In this document: piece after piece, positions 28,397-36,291 of the stretch
Numbering within the stretch: the first letter of the stretch is position 1
How the letters are laid out: every line of letters begins with the position of its first letter
Source: Mycobacterium sp.
Lineage (GTDB): Bacteria; Actinomycetota; Actinomycetes; Mycobacteriales; Mycobacteriaceae
Direction of reading: 5' to 3'
DNA length: 64,000 nucleotides
NCBI GenBank assembly: GCA_965229265.1
Contig: CBDDIY010000010.1
Coordinates: forward strand, 1,974,045-2,038,044
Program-made: the position numbers and the translations under genes
Notes under the pieces: model-generated
Told to the model about the DNA's origin: nothing
Databases searched by the model: none
What the model saw: the letters and a program-made list of their open reading frames with translations, nothing else

Positions 28397-29518
28397 ATGG
28401 CCACATCCACACAGAAGTTCAGCAGCGCAGTTGTCCTCGCCGGCGTGACCGCTGGTGCCCTGGCCATGACCAGCCTGAGTTCGGCCCCGACCGCCAACGC
28501 CAGTTGCGCCTCCTTCTTCGGCATCGGCAACAGCGCCAGCTGCACGAGCTCCCCGACCAGCATCGCCATCGCGATCGGCAACGGTGCCACGGCCAACGCC
28601 GCCGGACTCTTCGGCACCGCCATTGCCATCGGCAACGGTTCCAGCGCACAGACCAGTCAGCTGTTCACCTTCGCCACCGCCCTCGGCACCAACGCTTCGG
28701 CGAGCGCACAGGGCCACTTCAGCATCGCGACCCAGATCGGCGCCAACGGCGTGGCGGCGACACTAGGTTCCCCGTCCGCCAGCAATCTGGGTCTGAGTTT
28801 TGCCCTCAATGTCACCCCGGGAGCGACAACCGCCGGCAGCATCATCGAGACTGGCGGCGTCGGGAACATTGCGGTGAACCTCTTCGGCTACGGCACCTCT
28901 AGCGACCAGCTCCAGGTCAGTACCTTGGGATCCGGCAACGTCGCGGTCAATATCGGCGGCCGGAGCAATACGCTCTCCACGGAATATCTCGGATTTGTCG
29001 CCAACATCGGCGGAAGCAAGAACACGCTCGTCGGTGATGTTCTTGGGCTCGCACTCAATGCCGGCGGTACCGGGAATACCGTCAGCAGCACCTTAGCTGG
29101 GGCTTCCTTAAACGTGGGCGGCACTGGTAACACCGTCGCGAGCGAGGAACTTGGGCTCGCACTCAATGCCGGCGGTAGCGGGAATGCGGTCACCGGCGGC
29201 CTGGCCGCGGCTTCCTACAGCGTGGGCGGCACTGGTAACACCGTCACGAGCGCTGGTATCGGTCTGGCAGCGGACGTATTGGGCAACGGCAACCAGGTCG
29301 AAGCCGGGGTGTTCGGAGTGGCGGCGTCACTGTTCCAGAAGAATGCGACGCTGCTCGCGCAGCAGGGCCAGATCAACATCAACGGTCTGAGCATTCCCCC
29401 TGCTGCGACTGCGCAGCAGGCGAAGAAACCTGCCGGCGGCAACAAGGCTCGCTCGGCATCGGCGGGGGCAGCCAGCGCCAAGAAGTCCGGTGGCGTCGGC
29501 GGCAGCAAGCGGAGCTAA
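28397..29518 (+). CDS. Exported Gly/Asn-rich 18-aa repeat protein
   Basis: Signal peptide (APTANA-S), SCASFFGIGNSASC head, seven 18-aa repeats, basic low-complexity tail. Confidence 0.75.
   Translation: MATSTQKFSSAVVLAGVTAGALAMTSLSSAPTANASCASFFGIGNSASCTSSPTSIAIAIGNGATANAAGLFGTAIAIGNGSSAQTSQLFTFATALGTNASASAQGHFSIATQIGANGVAATLGSPSASNLGLSFALNVTPGATTAGSIIETGGVGNIAVNLFGYGTSSDQLQVSTLGSGNVAVNIGGRSNTLSTEYLGFVANIGGSKNTLVGDVLGLALNAGGTGNTVSSTLAGASLNVGGTGNTVASEELGLALNAGGSGNAVTGGLAAASYSVGGTGNTVTSAGIGLAADVLGNGNQVEAGVFGVAASLFQKNATLLAQQGQININGLSIPPAATAQQAKKPAGGNKARSASAGAASAKKSGGVGGSKRS
29042..29257 (+). repeat. 108-nt tandem duplication within the repeat protein
   Basis: CTTGGGCTCGCACTCAATGCCGGCGGTA at 29042 and 29150; CGTGGGCGGCACTGGTAACACCGTC in both copies. 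Confidence 0.85.
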
Positions 29519-29526
29519 CCACCCGG

Positions 29527-29564
29527 AAATCAACGGAACGGCCCCGGCCGTTCCGTTGATTTTT
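29527..29564 (+). terminator. Rho-independent terminator
   Basis: 16-bp stem AAATCAACGGAACGGC / GCCGTTCCGTTGATTT with a T-run. Confidence 0.85.
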
Positions 29565-29575
29565 CACCCGTTTAG

Positions 29576-29604
29576 TTGTGCACAATTAGATTGTGTCCTA
29601 TATT
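29576..29604 (+). promoter_or_regulatory. Leaderless ohrR promoter with OhrR operator
   Basis: TTGTGC-N17-TATATT, 7 nt before the GTG; palindrome CACAAT-TAG-ATTGTG (29581-29595) resembles the TACAATT-N-AATTGTA OhrR box. Confidence 0.7.
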
Positions 29605-29611
29605 TCTCGGC

Positions 29612-30043
29612 GTGACTGCTCCCCGTCTCGACGACCAGCTGTGCTTCGCGTTGTACTCCGCGTCGCGGGCCGTCACGGCGGCATATCGCCCCCTGCTCGC
29701 CGAACTCAACCTCACCTACCCGCAGTACCTGGTGCTGCTCGTGCTGTGGGAAGAGGGCCGCGTCAGTGTCGGTCGGATATGCCAGCGGTTGCACCTCGAT
29801 TCGGGCACCCTCTCGCCACTGCTCAAGCGCCTCGAGGCGATCGGGTACGTGACAAGGGAACGCGCCGCCGACGACGAACGTCGCGTCGACGTGGTCCTCA
29901 CTCCGACCGGGAAACGCTTGCAGACCAAGGCTTCCTGCATTCCCGAGCGGCTACTGGCGGTGTCGGACATGAGCCTGGACGAGATCGTTGCTCTACGCGA
30001 CGCGGTACTGCGTCTGAGCGACACACTGCTCGCCAACGAATGA
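29612..30043 (+). CDS. ohrR: MarR-family organic hydroperoxide sensor
   Basis: LDDQLCFALY redox-Cys motif, LTYPQYLVLLVLWE, LDSGTLSPLLKRLE, DERRV. Confidence 0.9.
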   Translation: MTAPRLDDQLCFALYSASRAVTAAYRPLLAELNLTYPQYLVLLVLWEEGRVSVGRICQRLHLDSGTLSPLLKRLEAIGYVTRERAADDERRVDVVLTPTGKRLQTKASCIPERLLAVSDMSLDEIVALRDAVLRLSDTLLANE

Positions 30044-30059
30044 ACAGAAGGGAAGGGAC

Positions 30060-30482
30060 ATGAAGGTTCTGTACACCGCGGAGGCACTGGCAACCGGCGA
30101 AGGTCGCGACGGACACGGACGCACCTCCGACGGCAAGGTCGACGTCGATCTGAGCATCCCCAAGGAGATGGGCGGTTCAGGCGTCGGCACGAATCCCGAG
30201 CAACTCTTCGCCGTCGGCTACGCCGCCTGCTATCACTCCGCGCTGCGGCTGGTGGCCCGCCAGGAAAACGCCGATGTCTCCGATTCGGCTGTGGGAGCCA
30301 AGGTCTCGCTGGGCAGCAACGATGCGGGCGGTTTCATCCTGGCCGTCGAGTTGGAGATCGTGCTCCCCAACGTCGACCATGACACGGCCGTCGCGCTGGC
30401 CGACAAGGCGCACCAGGTGTGCCCCTACTCCAACGCAACCCGGGGCAACATCGACGTCACCTTGACCGTCACCGACGACTGA
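30060..30482 (+). CDS. ohr: Organic hydroperoxide resistance protein
   Basis: GTNPEQLFAVGYAACY and AHQVCPYSNATRGN catalytic Cys motifs. Confidence 0.95.
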   Translation: MKVLYTAEALATGEGRDGHGRTSDGKVDVDLSIPKEMGGSGVGTNPEQLFAVGYAACYHSALRLVARQENADVSDSAVGAKVSLGSNDAGGFILAVELEIVLPNVDHDTAVALADKAHQVCPYSNATRGNIDVTLTVTDD

Positions 30483-30496
30483 CCAAGCCGGCCGTC

Positions 30497-30533
30497 ACGC
30501 AGCGGCGGGATTCACTCCCCCGCTGCGTGCCGC
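30497..30533. terminator. Hairpin between convergent genes
   Basis: CACGCAGCGG...CCGCTGCGTG stem. Confidence 0.55.
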
Positions 30534-32200
30534 TTCGCGGAACTTCCGCCATCGGACCCGGCGCCGCCGCCGTGCGCCCGCTTGGAACCGCCTACACCGG
30601 AGTTGTTTCCGCCCGCGCTCGATGCCGCGGCCTTGGCCGGCGAGTCCGCGGCCTGTGAGTGCGCGGGTTTGCGTGCACCGGCGGATTTCGGTGCGGTGAC
30701 GACATCGGCAGAGCTGTCGGCGCCGTCGGCGGGTGCCGTCTCGGGGGCAGATCCCTCGTCGGCCGCCGCCGATACGGCTGCGGGTACGGACTTCGCGGTG
30801 CGTGCCGCGGCCGACGCCGACGGCGCGCCGCCGAGACCACCCAGCCAGGCGTTGATCTGCTCCCCGATCTGGGTGTTGGCCTCGGTGGCCTTATCGGCAA
30901 GGTCGTCGATCCCGGCGGACAACGAGTCCGCCGCGTTGGAGGCCGCGGTGGCGGCGCTCCACACGGCATCGGAGATGTTGTTGGCGAAGTTCGCTGGTGC
31001 GTCGACCACGTCCTGCGGTGCGCCGGCGGCGGCCAGCAGTCCGGAAGCGGCCTGGCCGGCCGCTTGCGACAGCGAATCGAGCAGGATGGCCGTCGGCTGT
31101 GCGATGGAGGTAAAGGTCCACGGGGCGATCTGCGCGAGGCTGTCCGCGGCCGAGATCACCGCGTTGCCGTCATTGAAGCTTGCGGTGACGAAGCCCTGCA
31201 GCGAAGTGATGTAGCTCGCCGGGTCCAGCGGGGCCGCGCCGATGGCCGCGATCGCGTCACCGATGCTGGTCGAAGCGCCGTACGCCAGCGACGACAGGAC
31301 GGTGGCGGCGGCGTAGGTGACTTGCTGCACGGGAATGACCGCGGTGTAGACCGGCGTCCAGTACGAGACGTCGGCCGCACCGGCGGCGAGAATCGACAGC
31401 GGTGTGGTGGTCAGGCTGAGCAGGGCGTTGGTCAGGCCCTGCACGACCGGCGAGCCGGAGCCTGCGGCGAGCCCGCCCAGGGTCTGGGCGACGAAATCGC
31501 TCCAGTTCGCCACCGAGTAGCCGGCTGCATAGGTCAGGCCCGAGTAAGCCGCGTCCAGCAGCTGGGCAGGAGCTTGGATCGCGTCGTTGGCCAGCCAGGT
31601 GAGGTTGCCGACCGTATCGAAACCGATGTAGGTGGCCGCACTGAGCAGGTCGGTGTAGCTGGTAAGGGCCAGGGGGTTGTTGATGACGCCGGCAACGGAA
31701 GTGACGGTCCAGTAGATCGCCTCGTTCAAGGTGTCCTGGACCAGCGAGGCCATGTCGTCGACCCAGAACTCGGCGGTGTCTTGGATTTGGCCGGCAGCAT
31801 CGACCAGATAGCCGAGATTGGTGTACTGGACTCCCTGCAGCCCCTGCAACAGTGTCTTCAACTGCGGGTTGTCGGTGGCGTTGATGAGCATCTGCCAGAA
31901 CTGGGAGCTCGCGTCTTGCGCGGCGGTGGTGACGTCGACCAGACCCTGGAACGGGAGCAGCACCGCGTTGCGGACGCCGGTCACCGCGGTCTGGGCGGCG
32001 TTCTCCAGCGCATCGATCAGCTGTTGGATGTCGGCGGGGCTGATGGCCGCCGCCAACTCGATGTCGGGCGCGGAGACCGTGGCCAACGCGGGAAGCCTCG
32101 GTGGTTCCTGGACGACAGCGGGAGCAAATGCAATAGCGGTTGCTGTTGTGAGCGCCAGACCCGCTGTCAGATAAGACTTGGCCGAAACTCGAACGCTCAA
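30512..32200 (-). CDS. Large Ala-rich exported protein of unknown function
   Basis: TTG start after AGGGGG; SAKSYLTAGLALTTATAIAFAP leader typical of mycobacterial envelope proteins; amphipathic helical body; basic tail. Confidence 0.75.
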   Translation of the reverse strand: MSVRVSAKSYLTAGLALTTATAIAFAPAVVQEPPRLPALATVSAPDIELAAAISPADIQQLIDALENAAQTAVTGVRNAVLLPFQGLVDVTTAAQDASSQFWQMLINATDNPQLKTLLQGLQGVQYTNLGYLVDAAGQIQDTAEFWVDDMASLVQDTLNEAIYWTVTSVAGVINNPLALTSYTDLLSAATYIGFDTVGNLTWLANDAIQAPAQLLDAAYSGLTYAAGYSVANWSDFVAQTLGGLAAGSGSPVVQGLTNALLSLTTTPLSILAAGAADVSYWTPVYTAVIPVQQVTYAAATVLSSLAYGASTSIGDAIAAIGAAPLDPASYITSLQGFVTASFNDGNAVISAADSLAQIAPWTFTSIAQPTAILLDSLSQAAGQAASGLLAAAGAPQDVVDAPANFANNISDAVWSAATAASNAADSLSAGIDDLADKATEANTQIGEQINAWLGGLGGAPSASAAARTAKSVPAAVSAAADEGSAPETAPADGADSSADVVTAPKSAGARKPAHSQAADSPAKAAASSAGGNNSGVGGSKRAHGGGAGSDGGSSAKRHAAGE

Positions 32201-32300
32201 AATTCCCCCTCGGTTGATGCGTGTTACGGCCCGCAGCCAGTTGTTTGGGCACCCAGACGGACCAGATGCTACACGGTCAGATGTGCAAAAACAGCCAATA

Positions 32301-32317
32301 CTGAGAAAAACCTGAGC
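32301..32317 (-). promoter_or_regulatory. MprA-type tandem hexamer box
   Basis: Minus strand GCTCAG-GTTTT-TCTCAG versus the MprA consensus TCTCAG-N5-TCTCAG, 100 nt upstream of the TTG at 32200. Confidence 0.55.
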
Positions 32318-32414
32318 GCCAGTTTGGCCCGGCAGCAAAACCTCGGCCCGTGGGTCTGGACGCTTCGCCGACTCCCAAAGCAACCACCGGAGCGGCGCTA
32401 GGTACCCGTCTCGA

Positions 32415-33173
32415 TCACGAGAAGTGAGTCGTCGGCCGGGCCAGCCGCACCCCATCGACGGTGACGTCGAGCTTCTCGTTGTAGAACGCGACCAGGTTGG
32501 CGATCGGCGCGACGGCCGGCAGCGGCGTGTTGTAAGTCCAGGCCAGGTCGGCGTGTAGTTCGCCGTTGGCGCGCACCGACCAGTAACCCGATGTGACGCC
32601 TTTGTACGGGCACAGCGTCTGGGCAGCGGACGGCTCGAGATGGTCGAACACCACGTCGGTACGGTCGATGTAATACCTTGTCGGCAAACCGGTTTCGAAC
32701 ACCAACACCGGGCTTGCGGTATCGGCAAGCAGCACACCGTCGAGCTCGACGGTGACGTGCCGGTGCGAGCGCAGCGCATCGACCCGGGCGTAGGGGTTGC
32801 GCGGGTGCCCGTAGATCGGCTCGTCCTCCTCGAACCAGGTCAGTGCCGCCCACTCGAACCGGACCAGGCCGGCGACCGGGCCCTCGCCGGCATCGAAGAC
32901 CCGCGCGGCCGAAGTGTGCCTCTGGCGCTCCCCCGCCACGGTGAACATTCGCGACGCACCGAACTGCACGCGCTGCGGATGGTCCTCGTCATGCAGGAAT
33001 CCTGGTCGTACGTCGGCCAGCGGTATGTAGTACTGCGGGTAGTACGGGACCTCCCATACGTAGCGCGCCGTCGTCGTGTCGAAAACCAGCTGATCGTCCA
33101 CGAAGCCACGGACCCGCCGCGGCGCCGGTTCGATCCGGCCGCGGGCGGCAGCCGAGTGGGGATAATCGGTCAC
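32415..33173 (-). CDS. DUF427 (two NTP_transf_9 domains) protein, Rv1056-like
   Basis: RGRIEPAPRRVRG, YVWEVPYYPQYYIP, GHPRNPY, FETGLPTRYY, CPYKG. Confidence 0.9.
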   Translation of the reverse strand: MTDYPHSAAARGRIEPAPRRVRGFVDDQLVFDTTTARYVWEVPYYPQYYIPLADVRPGFLHDEDHPQRVQFGASRMFTVAGERQRHTSAARVFDAGEGPVAGLVRFEWAALTWFEEDEPIYGHPRNPYARVDALRSHRHVTVELDGVLLADTASPVLVFETGLPTRYYIDRTDVVFDHLEPSAAQTLCPYKGVTSGYWSVRANGELHADLAWTYNTPLPAVAPIANLVAFYNEKLDVTVDGVRLARPTTHFS

Positions 33174-33356
33174 TGGTCGCTCGGATGCTGTGCTCACGTT
33201 CGGACTCCTTGCCATGGATCGGGTCACCCGCCATCTCACGGCCAGGGTATGGCCGACGGGCGCCCAACGTCGATCACCGCCGGACCGCACACCTGAAATG
33301 TGCTGTCCGGCGGTGATTTCGGCGTGATCAGCGCCTCATCGGAGTGCAGGCGATAA

Positions 33357-33641
33357 CTACTTGCTCTCGTCCTGGGCGGATCCGAGTACACGGTCCGCGC
33401 TGCGGATGAGGTTGCGGTTGAACTGATATTGAGCGGTGACGAGCTTGTCGGCCAAGTCGATCGCGGCGTCGACCAGCTTGGTGCGCAGCGGCTGCAATGC
33501 CTCCGGCACGGCTTCGTTGACCGCCTCGCGGAAAGTCCGCAGTGCGTCGGCGGCAGCGTTCTGGCCGACCTTGGCCGACTCGTGTACCTCTTCGAGCAGC
33601 TCGGTGGACGGCGACGGTTCGGCTTGCGTTTCAGTGGTCAT
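33357..33641 (-). CDS. Small helical hypothetical protein
   Basis: 94-aa coiled/amphipathic ORF with GAAAAGGA RBS and normal codon bias. Confidence 0.6.
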   Translation of the reverse strand: MTTETQAEPSPSTELLEEVHESAKVGQNAAADALRTFREAVNEAVPEALQPLRTKLVDAAIDLADKLVTAQYQFNRNLIRSADRVLGSAQDESK

Positions 33642-33746
33642 ATCGGGTCCTTTTCTCCGGGGTAGTGCCGTCATCGACGCTATTCCGCGGAGGTGTTCTG
33701 ACACTACGGTCGAAGGTCCCACAGCATTGGGAAAAGGTCTTCGGCG

Positions 33747-34082
33747 TCAGCAGAACTCGTACTCGACATCCCAATAGCCCGGGACCGGCACCCAGTGGGC
33801 CGAGAAATGGCCACCCAGTTGCGGGTTCGCGTCGTTGATCATTCCGCCCCCGCCGAACCCCGGGATGAAGCCGGGTGGGTCCCAGGTGATCGACAGCGGG
33901 TCGCCCGGTGTTTGCGGCGTGCACCCGATCTGTTTGAGGAAGTAGCCGTCGGTGATCGTCCATTCCGCACTGCCCTGATCGGGACTTGGCGGGGGCGGGG
34001 CAGCCTGCGCGGTGGCCGCACCACCGACGATGGCCGCGGCGCAGACCGCAGCCGCCAGCCCAAGACTGCCTCGGCTCGTCAT
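33747..34082 (-). CDS. Small secreted hypothetical protein
   Basis: Signal peptide (ATAQA-A), two Cys in the mature part, GGGAAGGG RBS. Confidence 0.6.
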   Translation of the reverse strand: MTSRGSLGLAAAVCAAAIVGGAATAQAAPPPPSPDQGSAEWTITDGYFLKQIGCTPQTPGDPLSITWDPPGFIPGFGGGGMINDANPQLGGHFSAHWVPVPGYWDVEYEFC

Positions 34083-34125
34083 AGCCGAACCCCTTCCCTG
34101 TCTGTCGTGGACAAGGCTAGACCAG

Positions 34126-36087
34126 TCACCGGCGGATGTCGGGCGGTTCCGACCCGGGCGTCCCGGCGGCGATGACCGCCCGGTTTCGCTCCGCAACAAC
34201 CGGAATCGGCATCTTGACCAGCCACCGGTCATAGCTGAGAAAGCCGTTGACCTCGTTCTCGACATCGGTGGTCTGGGTGTAGATGGCTCCCGAGAGCCCG
34301 TCTCGGCGCACGATGTCTTCCAGCACACGGCTGAGCTGGACGTAGCGGTCGGTCAAGCGCGCGGGATTGTCGGCCATCTCATAGGCCTGTGCCCGTCCGG
34401 GCCACCGATTCTTGTCCAGCACCAATCCGAGGCCGCCGTACTCGCCGTCGACCCGCACCCGGTTGTCCACCACAGCGGAGTTCTTCTCGCGGGCCTTACC
34501 GCGGTCGGCGGGCACCTTCGGACGGCCGGGCCCGACATAGGTGTGATCGTCGTAGACGTCGCCGGCTTTGCTGTCCGTGCGGGATTTGCAGCAGTTGACG
34601 CCGCTGTTGGCGTTCACCATTCGCGTCGGGTCCGCAGCCTTCACCACGTTGGCGATCCTGGCGGTGTCGAATTCGCCCCAGCCCTCATTGAACGGGACCC
34701 AGCCGATGATCGACGTCACGCTGCGCAACTGGTCGATCATCGCCAGCAGCTCTCGCTCGAAGTTCGCCTTCGCCGCGGGCGCGGGCTCCGGGGCGGGACC
34801 GACCGGGATATCAAGCGACACGTCCAAGGACGGCATGTCCTGCCACACCATCAGCCCGAGCTTGTCGGCCCAGTAGTACCACCGCGCCGGCTCGACCTTG
34901 CCGTGCTTGCGCACGAAGTTCATTCCCAGGTCCTTGATCCGCTGCAGGTCTGACTTCAGCGCCTCGTCGGTGGGAGCGGTGTAGATGCCGTCCGGCCAGT
35001 AGCCCTGGTCCAGCGGGCCATGCAGGAAGGTGATCTTGCCGTTCAACGCGATTCGGGGCCTGCCCTGCGCGTCGCGCACGGTGCCGATCGTGCGCAGCCC
35101 GGCATAGCTGGACACCGCGTCAACAACCTTGCCCGACGGGTTCACCAGTACGACCCGCAGATCGTAGAGATATGGGTTGTCGGGCGTCCACAGGCGCGGA
35201 GTGGGGATGGGCACCCGGATCGTGTCACCGGCCCCGGCGGACGCAACAGCGACCACACGCCCGCCGGGCTCGCTGACGAACACCATGGTGCGCTGGCCCT
35301 TCGTCCCGGCGACCCGCGGCGTGACAATGACACTCGTCAGTTCCGTGGTGATGTCGAGCTTGTTGATGTAGGTGCGGTGCACTGGCTCCATCCACACCGT
35401 CTGCCAGATGCCCGATGCGCCGGTGTAGAACAGCCCCTCGGGGTCGTTGCGTTGCTTGCCGACCGGGAACGGGTTGGCCTCGTTGCGATCCAGGACCCGG
35501 ATGGTGATCTCCTGCGCGCCCGTCCCCCGCAACGCATCGGTGATGTCCACACTGAACTCGGTGTAACCACCTTCGTGATGGGCCACCTGCCGGTTGTTCA
35601 CCCAGACCGTGGCGATCTGGTCGACGGCGCCGAAGTGCAGCAGGACGTGCCGACCGAGCCAACCGCTCGGGAGCTTCACGACCTTGCGGTACCACATCTC
35701 GTCGTCATGGCGGGCGATGCCCGACAGCGCGGACTCGACCGGATACGGGACGAGAATCTGCTCGCGGTATACGGCCGGGGGTGGTGGCGCCGCCAACATT
35801 GGTCCCCCGGATCGGCCCAGGTAACCCCACACTCCGTTGAGGTTCAACCAGTCCGAGCGCGTCATCTGCGGGCGCGGGTAATCGGGTAACGCGTTGTCCG
35901 GTCCCACCAAGGTGGTCCACGGAGTGGGCATGGGTGCAGCCTTCGGATGCCACATCACCACCGCGTTGGCCGGCGCACTTCCGGCCGCGACAACAGCCGC
36001 CGACGCCAACACCATTGCCAGCAAGCCCAGCCGCGCGCGGCGGAGCCGGGATCGTCTGCGCTGCGGCGGCGCGATGTCATCGGCCAT
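34126..36087 (-). CDS. Secreted glycoside hydrolase family 2
   Basis: DYPRPQ..R.DWLNLNG.W, LHFGAVDQ, GPLDQGYWPDG.YTAP, RKHGKVEP, WVPFNEGWG (acid/base), DGEYGG (nucleophile); Arg-rich signal peptide. Confidence 0.9.
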   Translation of the reverse strand: MADDIAPPQRRRSRLRRARLGLLAMVLASAAVVAAGSAPANAVVMWHPKAAPMPTPWTTLVGPDNALPDYPRPQMTRSDWLNLNGVWGYLGRSGGPMLAAPPPPAVYREQILVPYPVESALSGIARHDDEMWYRKVVKLPSGWLGRHVLLHFGAVDQIATVWVNNRQVAHHEGGYTEFSVDITDALRGTGAQEITIRVLDRNEANPFPVGKQRNDPEGLFYTGASGIWQTVWMEPVHRTYINKLDITTELTSVIVTPRVAGTKGQRTMVFVSEPGGRVVAVASAGAGDTIRVPIPTPRLWTPDNPYLYDLRVVLVNPSGKVVDAVSSYAGLRTIGTVRDAQGRPRIALNGKITFLHGPLDQGYWPDGIYTAPTDEALKSDLQRIKDLGMNFVRKHGKVEPARWYYWADKLGLMVWQDMPSLDVSLDIPVGPAPEPAPAAKANFERELLAMIDQLRSVTSIIGWVPFNEGWGEFDTARIANVVKAADPTRMVNANSGVNCCKSRTDSKAGDVYDDHTYVGPGRPKVPADRGKAREKNSAVVDNRVRVDGEYGGLGLVLDKNRWPGRAQAYEMADNPARLTDRYVQLSRVLEDIVRRDGLSGAIYTQTTDVENEVNGFLSYDRWLVKMPIPVVAERNRAVIAAGTPGSEPPDIRR

Positions 36088-36291
36088 GACTGTTCCCCCA
36101 CGGTAGAGACCTACGTGCGGCGCGCGCCCCCGCACGGCGCCGCGTCTTGTACAGCGACCACGATCACCGGTATCGCGAAACCTCTTCAAGGTGATCAGTT
36201 TTCACCTCAAAGGGCGACATCGCCGCAGACTCGCCGAGCGAGTCACCGATTGGTCGCAACGACGATGCCTTCCGCACCCGTCTCGGTGCAC

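Noticed and set aside
28949-29326. Periodic DNA repeats as a CRISPR or VNTR array
   Set aside because: The repeats are in-frame 54/108-nt coding units without unique spacers, and no cas genes are present.
29576-30482. ohrR-ohr with operator
   Set aside because: Canonical, well-characterised module.
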